Positions 37,519 through 45,921 of a DNA stretch of 64,000 bases are shown one piece after another. This stretch comes from Planctomycetota bacterium. Lineage in GTDB: Bacteria > Planctomycetota > B15-G4 > SIAN01. Position numbers and translations under genes: made by a program. The DNA is taken from positions 128,001 to 192,000 of the forward strand of contig JANNXA010000033.1 of the NCBI GenBank assembly GCA_031409275.1, in the 5' to 3' direction. Below the pieces are notes generated by a model, which saw only the letters and a program-made list of their open reading frames with translations, ran no database searches and was not told the origin of the DNA. Position 1 is the first letter of the stretch. Each line of letters begins with the position of its first letter.

Positions 37519-40500
37519 ATGGGGCTCGCACTGCTCCTCTCGCTGGCAGTCGTCGCGACCGGCGTTGCGGCGCCGCCGATCGACGAGGCGCCGCTCGAGT
37601 TGCGCCAGCCGCTGACGCGCAGCGTCGAGCCCGGAGTCGTCGACGCGCTGCGGATCGACGTCGCGGCGGGCGAGTACGTCGAGATCGCGTCCGAACGGCC
37701 CTACCGCAGCCTCGGGCTGGAGCTCCTCGATCCTCACGGACGGGTCGTGGCGGCGACCCTCGGTGAGCCGCCGAACGGTTCGTCGCTTCGATTGGCCGCG
37801 GTGATCGCCGATCCCGGCACCCATCTCCTCACGATCGCGAACGACGACGTCGCGATGTTGGAGAGCGGCGCGCCGGCGCGGCGCGGCCGTTGCCGCATCG
37901 AACTGCTCGAGCGTCGGCCCGCGGTGGATGGCGACGCCGATCGGGTCGACGCCTTCGCGGCGCTCGATCGCGTGCGACGGACGGGGGCCGCAATCTCCGG
38001 GGATGCCGTCGCGTTGCGCGGTGCGCGCGACGAGCTCGCCGCGATCGCCGCACGCTTCGACGCGCTCGCCGCGTTCGAGGGCGCCGCGCTCTGCTTCCAC
38101 ACGCTGGCGCAGCTCGACGGCGTCGCGCATGACGACGCGGCGGCGGCACGCTCCGCCGAGGCCGCGGTGGCGGCGTGGCGCGCGGCGGGTCGACGGCGCG
38201 AGGAGGGGCGCGCGCGGAGCGAGGTCGGGCTGATCGCCTACGCCGCCTATCAGCGCGAGGCGGCGCGCGCCTCATACGACGAGGCGCTGGCGATTCACGA
38301 GGAGGTCGGCGACGTCGAGTGGATCGCCGAGACGCTCGATCGCCGCGGCTGGTTCGAGCGCTGGTGCGGCGATCGTCGCGCCGCCATCGCGACGTACGAG
38401 CGCTGTCTGCCGTTGCGCGTCGAGGCCGCCGACTGGCACGGCGAGATCGTGACGCTCACCGATCTCGGCGTCGCCCACCTCGAGCTCGGCGAGGTTGCCG
38501 CCGCCGCCGCGTGGCTGCAGCGCGCGCGCGACCTCGCGGCGCCGGCGCGCGACGGGACGAGCTTCACGAAGCTGCTGACGGTGTCGGGATGGCTCGAGCT
38601 GAGGGTGGGAGACTTCGCCGCGGCGGCGGTCACGCAGCAGCGATCGCTGGCGCAGGCGCGCGCGTCGCGCGACCGGCGCGGCGAAGCGCAGGCGCTCCAC
38701 AATCTCGGCAGGACCTGGGTGGAGCTCGGCGAGCTCGCGCAGGCGCGCGCGGCGAGCGAGCAGGCGCTGGTGATCGTGCGCGAGACGGGACAGCGCAGCG
38801 GCGAGACCGCGGAGCTGCTCTTCCTGGCTCAGCTGCGCCGCCACGAAGGGGATCTCGACCAAGCGATCGCCGATGCCGCGGCGGCGCTGGCGCTCGCCGA
38901 GGCGATCCACGACCGCGCCTTCGAGGCGGCCGCGCGCAGGGTCCTCGGCGAATGTTCGGCCGTGAACGGCGACCTGGAACGCGGGCGCGAGGAGCTCGAG
39001 GCGGCGCTGGCGCTCGAGCGCGAACTCGGCATGAAGCCGGCGGAGTCGAGCACGCTCGTCTGGCTGGCGAACGTGGTCGCCGCGCAAGGCGATTTAGAAG
39101 CCGCGATGCGCCTCTCCGAGCAGGCGCTCGCGATCGTCGAGGCGTTCGGCCTGCGCTCGAACGAGGCGGTGACGCGCAGCACGCTCGCGGCGCACGCCTT
39201 CGCCATCGGACAGCGGGAGACCGCGCGCGTCCAGCTGGAGCAGGCGCTGGCGCTGGGAGAGTCGCTCCGGCGACGCATGCCGCAGGACGATTGGCGCAGC
39301 AGCTACTTCACGACGCAGCTCGACCGCTACGCGCTCCTGCTCGACGTCCTGCTCGAAGGGCACGACGGAGCGCCCGAGCCCGCCGCGGTGGCGCGCGCCT
39401 TCGAGGTCAGCGAAGCGGCGCGCGCTCGCAGCCTGCTCGACCTGCTCTCCGAGGCGAAGGTCGACGTGCGTGCGGGCGCCGATGCGACGCTGCTCGCGCA
39501 GGAGCGCGGCCTGACCCAGGAGCTCCACTTCGCCGCCGCCGCGTTGGATCAGCTGGTGCAAGGCGCGGCGACGGCGGCGCAAGCCGCGGCCGCGTCGGCG
39601 AAGGTCGAGGCGATCTCGAACCAGCTGCGCGAGATCGAGACGCGGCTGCGCGCCAGCTCGCCGCGATTCGCCGCGTTGAGTCCGGCGCGACCGTCGACGG
39701 CGGCGGCGATCCAGCACGAGCTGCTCGACGACGAGACGGTGCTCCTCGAATTCGCGTTCGGTCGTGAGGCGACCTGGCTCTTCGCGGTCACGCGGCAGTC
39801 GCTGGAGGCGCATCGGCTCGCGCCGCGCGCTGCGCTGGAGGCGTCGGCCTCCGCGGCGATCGCGGCGATGACCGCCCGCAGCGGGCGCATCGAGGAGGAG
39901 GGCGCTTCGCGTCAGGCGCGCATCGCCGCCGCCGATGCGCAGACGCCGGCGCGGCTCGCCGAGCTCCGGCGGCTCCTGCTCGGCCCGGTCGAAGGCGCGT
40001 TGCAGGGAGAGTGGCGCCACCGCCGCCTCGTCGTCGTGGCGCCGGGACGCCTCGCTGCGCTGCCCTTCGCCGCGCTCGTGGCCCAGGAGGTGGTCCTCCT
40101 GCCGTCGGCCTCGGTCCTCGCGATCGTGCGCTCCTCGGCCGCCCCGCGGCCGTCCGGCGTGCGCCCGATCGCCGTGCTGGCCGATCCCGTCTTCGAGCGC
40201 GACGACCCGCGGTTGACGAGCGCGTCGAAGGGCGTGCCGTCGTCGTCCGCGACGGCGGAGCGCATGGGCTACGCGCGACTGCCGTTCTCGGGCGAAGAGG
40301 CGGCGCGGATCGCCGCTCTGGTCGAGCCGGGCCGCGTGCGGCGCTTCGAGGGATTCGATGCGACGCGTGATGCGGTGGTCGCCGGCACGTTCGCCGACTG
40401 CGGCATCGTCCACTTCGCGACGCACGGCCTCGTCGACGTCGAGAAACCGGAGCACAGCGGCATGGTCCTTTCGCTCCTCACGCGCGACGGCGCGGAGCAG

Positions 40501-40848
40501 GACGGGCTTCTGTGTCTTGCGGACTTGTTTCGATTGCGGATGCCCGCCGACCTCGTCGTGTTGAGCGCGTGCAAGACGGCGCTGGGTCGCGACATCCCCG
40601 GCGAGGGGCTCGTCGGTTTGACGCGCGCCTTCTTCCATGCCGGCGCCTCCCGCGTGGTGGCGAGCTTGTGGGAGGTGGATGACCTCGCGACCGCCGAACT
40701 GATGCGCCGCTTCTATCGAGGCGTGCTGCAGGAGGGGCGTTCGCCGGCGGCGGCGTTGCGGCTGGCGCAGGACGAGATGGCGGCGCAGGAGCGGTTCGCC
40801 GTTCCCTACTGGTGGGCAGGTTTCGTGCTTCAGGGCGAGTGGCGCTGA
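37519..40848 (+). CDS. Secreted TPR-CHAT (caspase-like) protease
   Basis: Signal peptide; TPR repeats; SEAARARSLLDLL; catalytic HFATHG and VVLSACKT; PYWWAGFVLQGEW. Confidence 0.92.
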   Translation: MGLALLLSLAVVATGVAAPPIDEAPLELRQPLTRSVEPGVVDALRIDVAAGEYVEIASERPYRSLGLELLDPHGRVVAATLGEPPNGSSLRLAAVIADPGTHLLTIANDDVAMLESGAPARRGRCRIELLERRPAVDGDADRVDAFAALDRVRRTGAAISGDAVALRGARDELAAIAARFDALAAFEGAALCFHTLAQLDGVAHDDAAAARSAEAAVAAWRAAGRRREEGRARSEVGLIAYAAYQREAARASYDEALAIHEEVGDVEWIAETLDRRGWFERWCGDRRAAIATYERCLPLRVEAADWHGEIVTLTDLGVAHLELGEVAAAAAWLQRARDLAAPARDGTSFTKLLTVSGWLELRVGDFAAAAVTQQRSLAQARASRDRRGEAQALHNLGRTWVELGELAQARAASEQALVIVRETGQRSGETAELLFLAQLRRHEGDLDQAIADAAAALALAEAIHDRAFEAAARRVLGECSAVNGDLERGREELEAALALERELGMKPAESSTLVWLANVVAAQGDLEAAMRLSEQALAIVEAFGLRSNEAVTRSTLAAHAFAIGQRETARVQLEQALALGESLRRRMPQDDWRSSYFTTQLDRYALLLDVLLEGHDGAPEPAAVARAFEVSEAARARSLLDLLSEAKVDVRAGADATLLAQERGLTQELHFAAAALDQLVQGAATAAQAAAASAKVEAISNQLREIETRLRASSPRFAALSPARPSTAAAIQHELLDDETVLLEFAFGREATWLFAVTRQSLEAHRLAPRAALEASASAAIAAMTARSGRIEEEGASRQARIAAADAQTPARLAELRRLLLGPVEGALQGEWRHRRLVVVAPGRLAALPFAALVAQEVVLLPSASVLAIVRSSAAPRPSGVRPIAVLADPVFERDDPRLTSASKGVPSSSATAERMGYARLPFSGEEAARIAALVEPGRVRRFEGFDATRDAVVAGTFADCGIVHFATHGLVDVEKPEHSGMVLSLLTRDGAEQDGLLCLADLFRLRMPADLVVLSACKTALGRDIPGEGLVGLTRAFFHAGASRVVASLWEVDDLATAELMRRFYRGVLQEGRSPAAALRLAQDEMAAQERFAVPYWWAGFVLQGEWR

Positions 40849-41050
40849 GCAGCGCCGCTCGCGCGCAAGGACGACTTGCGCCGCACGATCGGGTCCAGGG
40901 CGTGGACGGCGGGCACTTCGCGCTGGGAGGCCTTGCGCGACGGCTCCGGTAGCGGTTGCGATGGTCCGAGCATTGCACGGCCTTCGACACGTTTCGTTGG
41001 CGGTTGCCACCTGCCTGGCAACGAGCGGTGGGTCACGCAGGAGCTACGAC

Positions 41051-42631
41051 ATGGCAAGCGGGAAGACGTTCCTCACAGTTGGATGCATCGCGCTGGCGGG
41101 CGCTCGCGCTCACGCGCAGATGACCGATCTCACGCAGGCGCCCAATCGCGAGGGCGCCGGCATCCACAAGTCGCTCGCAGAGCAGGTCGGCGCCGGGCGC
41201 GGCGATGCGTTCACGCCCGACTCGTCGCGCTTCCTGATCGGACGCGATCCGTTCCGCTCGATCCGGCGTGGTCGTCAGCTGTTCCAACGCAAGTTCACGC
41301 TGGCGCAGGGCCTCGGTCCACGCACGCTCGACGGCGAAGGGGACCTCGAGCGCGATGGCTCCATCGGCGCCGGCCTCACCGACAGCTGCGCGTCGTGCCA
41401 CAGCCGGCCCTTCGGCTCGGCGGGCGTCGGCGGCAACGTCTTCACGCGTCCCGACAGCCGTGACGCGCCGCACCTCTTCGGTCTCGGGCTGCAGGAGATG
41501 CTCGCCGACGAGATCACGCGCGCGCTCCGTTCGTTGCGCGCCGACGCGATCGCGCAGGCGCGCTCGTCGAATCGATCCGCCACCGTCGCGCTGACGGCGA
41601 AGGGGATCGCCTACGGTTCGCTGACGGCATTCCCGGATGGCTCGCTCGACACGACGCAGGTGGTCGGCGTCGATCCCGACCTGCGCGTGCGCCCCTTCTT
41701 CGCGCAAGGCGGCACCGTCTCGATTCGCGAGTTCGTGGTGGGAGCGCTCAATGCCGAGATGGGGCTCGAATGCCCCGATCCCGACACGTGGGCGGCCTCC
41801 CAAGGCAGTGACGTCGTGACGCCCTCCGGCATGTTGCTCTCGGGCTCGATCGATCGCATCGAAGCGCCGCCGGCGAGCCTCGTGACCGACGATCCCGACG
41901 GCGACGGTGTCACCAACGAGATCGATGTCGCGCTCGTCGATCACCTCGAGTTCTACCTGCTGAACTACTTCAAGCCGGGACGCGGCGAGATCACCAGCGC
42001 GGTGAAGTCGGGGCGCAAGAGCTTCGAGGCGATCGGCTGCGCGAGCTGCCACGTGCGCGGCCTCTGGATCGACGAGGATCGTCGCGTGGCCGACGTCGAG
42101 ACGGCGCACGACCCGCAACAGGGCAACGGAGTGTTCAACTCCCTCTACGCCGACGCGCAGCTGCGCCACGCGACGGTCGACGATGGCAGCGGCTACGCGC
42201 CGCTGCAGTCCGCCGCGCGCCAACCCTTCTTCGTCGAAGGGATCTTCACGGACTTCAAGCGCCACGACCTCGGCCCGGGTTTCCACGAGCGCAACTTCGA
42301 CGGCTCGATCACGACGCACTTCATGACCGAGCCGCTGTGGGGCGTCGCCGATACGGCCCCGTACGGCCACGACGGCCGCAGCCCGCAGCTGCACGACGTC
42401 ATCCTGCGCCACGGTGGCGAGGCGCAGTCGGCGCGCGACGCCTACGCCGCCGCCAGCGACACCACCCGGGCCAACATCCAGGCCTACCTGCGCAGCTTCG
42501 TCCTCTTCTCGCCGGAGGACACCGCTTCGGTGCTGAATCCGGTGAATCGCGCAGCGCCGAACTATCCGATGCATGGCCACGGCAGCATCAGCCTGACCCC
42601 GCTCTTCAACGACCCGAGCGACCTCGAATAG
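41051..42631 (+). CDS. Di-heme oxidoreductase family (DUF1111-like) protein
   Basis: AGGAG RBS; signal peptide; two CASCH motifs; APHLFGLGL; PLWGVADTAPYGHDGRS..ILRHGGEA. Confidence 0.82.
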   Translation: MASGKTFLTVGCIALAGARAHAQMTDLTQAPNREGAGIHKSLAEQVGAGRGDAFTPDSSRFLIGRDPFRSIRRGRQLFQRKFTLAQGLGPRTLDGEGDLERDGSIGAGLTDSCASCHSRPFGSAGVGGNVFTRPDSRDAPHLFGLGLQEMLADEITRALRSLRADAIAQARSSNRSATVALTAKGIAYGSLTAFPDGSLDTTQVVGVDPDLRVRPFFAQGGTVSIREFVVGALNAEMGLECPDPDTWAASQGSDVVTPSGMLLSGSIDRIEAPPASLVTDDPDGDGVTNEIDVALVDHLEFYLLNYFKPGRGEITSAVKSGRKSFEAIGCASCHVRGLWIDEDRRVADVETAHDPQQGNGVFNSLYADAQLRHATVDDGSGYAPLQSAARQPFFVEGIFTDFKRHDLGPGFHERNFDGSITTHFMTEPLWGVADTAPYGHDGRSPQLHDVILRHGGEAQSARDAYAAASDTTRANIQAYLRSFVLFSPEDTASVLNPVNRAAPNYPMHGHGSISLTPLFNDPSDLE

Positions 42632-43140
42632 GTCGCTGCTTGGCCGCCGCCGCGTCGGTCCCTGGCGGGCCGGCGCGTGCGGCGCGGATCAGCTTCTTGG
42701 CGATGGCGAAGGTCTGCGGCGTGAATCCCTGCGCATCGGGCTGATTCGGGGCGGCTCCATGGCCCAGCAGCCAGAGCGCTGGCGCGAACTTGCCCCAGCG
42801 AACGAGGTCGTTCAGCAGCGGTCGATCGGCGCTGCGCGCCGCCGCGAGGTCGGCGCCTTGCGCCAGGCAGAACTCGCCGAAGCGCGCGAACTCCTCCTTC
42901 GTGTTCCACATCGCCGTGACCAACGCGCGCGTTGCGTCGGCCCAGCGCTCGAGCAGCAGCCTCGTCTCGTCGAAGCGACGAGCGCCGCTGCGGATCGGCG
43001 CCGGCGTCGAGCAACGCGACGATCGAGGCGCAGCGCGCCGCCTCGTCGATCGGCGGCTCGTCACCATGGGGATCGTCCTGGATCAGCGCCGCGAGCGGCG
43101 TCCATCCGCGCGGGGAGCGATTGGTGTGTATGTCGCCACG
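42606..43140 (-). pseudogene. Frameshifted ankyrin-repeat gene remnant
   Basis: One frame reads GWTPLAALI...LLDAGADP. Near 42980 a different frame continues LLLERWADA..CLAQGAD..WLLGHGAAPNQPDAQGFTP. No clear start, and the 3' end overlaps the convergent gene. Confidence 0.5.
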
Positions 43141-43223
43141 CCCGCGCGAGGCCGATGGAGCGTCGAGTTCGACCGCGCGCCGAGCATGGCGTGGCGATCA
43201 TCGGATCCGAAGATCGCGGACGA

Positions 43224-43703
43224 TCAGCCGTTGGCGGCCGCCGCCTTCGCCTTCGCGTCCGCATCGCGCCGTTTGGTGACGGCCGCCAGCGCTTCCACGA
43301 CGCGGCGCGGCGCGGCCTGATCGCGGCTGTCGGCCGCGGCGTGCGCGAGATCGGACAGCGCGACGACGCCGAGCGGGCGGTCGTCGGCATCGACGATCGG
43401 GAGACGGCGCAACTGGTGGGTCGCCATGAGTCGCGCCGCATCCTCGTCGCTGTCGCTGGCGCGGCAACGCACGACGCTGTCGCTCATCGCGACACGTACC
43501 CCGATCGCGGCGAGCGGCAGCCCTTGAATGTAGGCGGCCATGCAGATGTCGCGATCGGTCAGCATGCCGACCAGCTTTCCCTCGCGATCGACGACGACCA
43601 GCGCGCCGCAATCGTGTTCCCACAACAGCTGGGCGGCGCGATTGAGGTCATCGTCGGCCTGGATCTTGATGACCGGTTGACTCATGCGCTGATCGAGCTT
43701 CAT
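43224..43703 (-). CDS. CBS domain-containing protein
   Basis: DCGALVVVD..LVGMLTDRDI; QLRRLPIVD..LGVVALSDLA; AGGAG RBS. Confidence 0.9.
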   Translation of the reverse strand: MKLDQRMSQPVIKIQADDDLNRAAQLLWEHDCGALVVVDREGKLVGMLTDRDICMAAYIQGLPLAAIGVRVAMSDSVVRCRASDSDEDAARLMATHQLRRLPIVDADDRPLGVVALSDLAHAAADSRDQAAPRRVVEALAAVTKRRDADAKAKAAAANG

Positions 43704-44338
43704 CGACGGAACTCCTGTTTTCATTCCTATGCGAGACACGCCGCCGATGCATCGACCAGTTCACTCGTTTCGCAACGCGGGGGGCGCGCCGTCGTCTTCC
43801 ATGTGATCGGGAAGTGGGGACGCATACCCCGTGCCGCCGTGGTGGCTCGCCCCGCTCCGGAGGAGCACCGTTGATGCGAAGGGGCGGGCGAGTGGGCGCT
43901 CAGGCTCGCCCAGGGAGGGGCCACGTTTCCCGGACGGATTCGGTCGAACGCGGGCCGAGGAGGGGGCTTGCGGATGGTGCGCGCACGCGATCGTCGAGCG
44001 AGGGGTCGCGACGATCGATCGCAGCCCAGATCGCCGATCGAACCGCTGCGCGTCTCCCGTGCCGACGTCCATGCGAAGGCGTGCGATGGCATCGCGCCGC
44101 GTGGTCAGGCGCTTGCCCGCCGGGGGCTTCAACATGTCGTTGCGCTGTGCGGCCATTACGGCGGTTCAGGCGCGGCTGTCACCGACGCGCGATGATGACG
44201 TCTCTGGCGTCGTGCGAGCGGTGACGCGTCGAACTCCGGCGTGTCCCCTGCTTGCGGTGCAGGAGAGACATCGTTCGGCGCGACGCTGCCCGGAGCGAGT
44301 TCCCCGCTCGAGGTGCGGCGATCGGGAGACTCGCGCCC

Positions 44339-45277
44339 ATGTTCGATCGCCTGCAGGTCGAGAACTTCCGCGGCTTCGAGTCGCTCGGACTGCGGGAGTT
44401 GGCGCGTTGCAACCTGATCGTCGGCAGCAACGATCGCACGGTGGGATCGCTGTTCCATCGTCGCGACTTGACGAAGGTGATCGTCGTGCGCGGGAGTATC
44501 GACAAAGGCGATCACGCGGGGAGGTCACGCGAAGTTCGCTACGAGCTGCGGGACGATCCGCCGGGGATTCGGCATCGCATGGCAGTACAGCGCAGCAACT
44601 CGAGTTGGGTCGTCCAGTTGAGTTTCGACGATGCCGCGCACAACGCACGAGGCGCCTGTGCGTTCACCTTCGGCGCCGGACGCGTGCAGGGCCGCACCGG
44701 GAACGTAGTCCCCGACTTTCCCCTCGCGGTCATCACCACCAACCAGCCGCCCCGCCATCTCGCGCACTACGCTCGCTGGTTCTCCAAGCTCGAGGAGGCG
44801 GGGGGGCAGGACAAAGTCGTCGCGCTGCTGCGCGATGTCGAACCACGTCTGCAGGCGATTTCGGTGGCCGCTTCGGATCACGGCCCATATCTCCACGCCG
44901 ATCTCGGCCTCGGCCGACGGATGCCGTGCTCCTTCCTCAGTGACGGCTTCACGCGCTTCCCGCTATTGGCCATGCGAATGTTCAAAGCGCGCAGCGGGAT
45001 GATGCTGATCGACGAGATCGAGTCGAGCTTCCACCGTAGCGTGCTCGACCGAGTTTTCGCCTTCGTGCGCGATGCAGCACGCGAGCTCGACGTGCAGCTC
45101 TTCGCGACGACCCACAGCTGGGAGATCCTCGAGGCGGCGCGCTCCGCCTTCGCTGCGTCGAAGCCCTACGAACTTGCCGTTCACCGCCTCGCGCACGACG
45201 GCGAGCGCGCCGTTGCCCATCACCTCGGTGAGGGCGCGATCGAGGCAGCTCTTGCGACGGGGCTCGACATCCGATGA
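44339..45277 (+). pseudogene. AAA_15/AAA_21-type ABC ATPase lacking Walker A (probable internal deletion)
   Basis: QVENFRGF..NLIVGSN is followed by DRTV instead of xxGK[ST]. Signature LSDG, Walker B LIDEIE and H-loop FATTHS are retained. Confidence 0.7.
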
Positions 45278-45871
45278 AACCGCTGGCGACGCGTCCACCG
45301 CCGGCGCCGCTCTACGTTCTCGGTGAAGGGGAGGACGAGCGCCACTTTTTCGAGCAACTCTGCCGCGTGCACGGGATCGAGGGGGTTCACTGCCTCCAGT
45401 ACGACGGTCGCGACGCGCTTCGCGGCGACCTTGCGTCGTTGCGCTCGATCCTGGAACCCGCAGTCAGAACGTTGTTGATCGTCCAAGACGCCGATGACGC
45501 GGCGGCCGTGGCCTTCACGCGGGTGCGCGATGCTCTTGCCGCGAACGGCTTTCCCGCGCCCGACGCCTCGAACGTGCTCGCGGTTGGCGCGCCGGCGACC
45601 TGCGTCCTCATCTTGCCCGGCGATGGTCAGGCCGGAACGGGAGTGCGTCGAGCAGTTCCTCGAGTGCATCACGAAGCGCAGTCGTCAGTCGATAGCCGCT
45701 GCCCACAAGGCACCGATCCGCGCGTGGCTCACGACCCGTTTGCGCGCTGAAACACGCGTCGGGCTGGCCGCAAGGCTCGGCTCGCTGCCGCTCGACCGGC
45801 TGCCGTTCGCGGCTCTCGCGGATCGGTTGCGCGAGCTCGCGTCGCTCAGAAACGCCCATCGAGCGCCGTGA
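45274..45871 (+). pseudogene. DUF3226-like (TOPRIM-like) partner, frameshifted
   Basis: ATGA overlap with the ATPase; VLGEGEDE and IVQDADD. After ILPGDGQAG (~45635) the family-like C-terminus (ECVEQFLECI..HKAPIRAWL..GLAA..PFAALADRL) continues in another frame. Confidence 0.65.
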
Positions 45872-45921
45872 TGAAGTTGCGGCAGGGGGCGTCGATGCCG
45901 GAGATGGCCGCGACGACGCCG

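Noticed and set aside
43761..44156. Minus-strand ORF upstream of the CBS gene
   Set aside because: No recognisable motif or RBS and atypical composition; cannot be supported as a gene.
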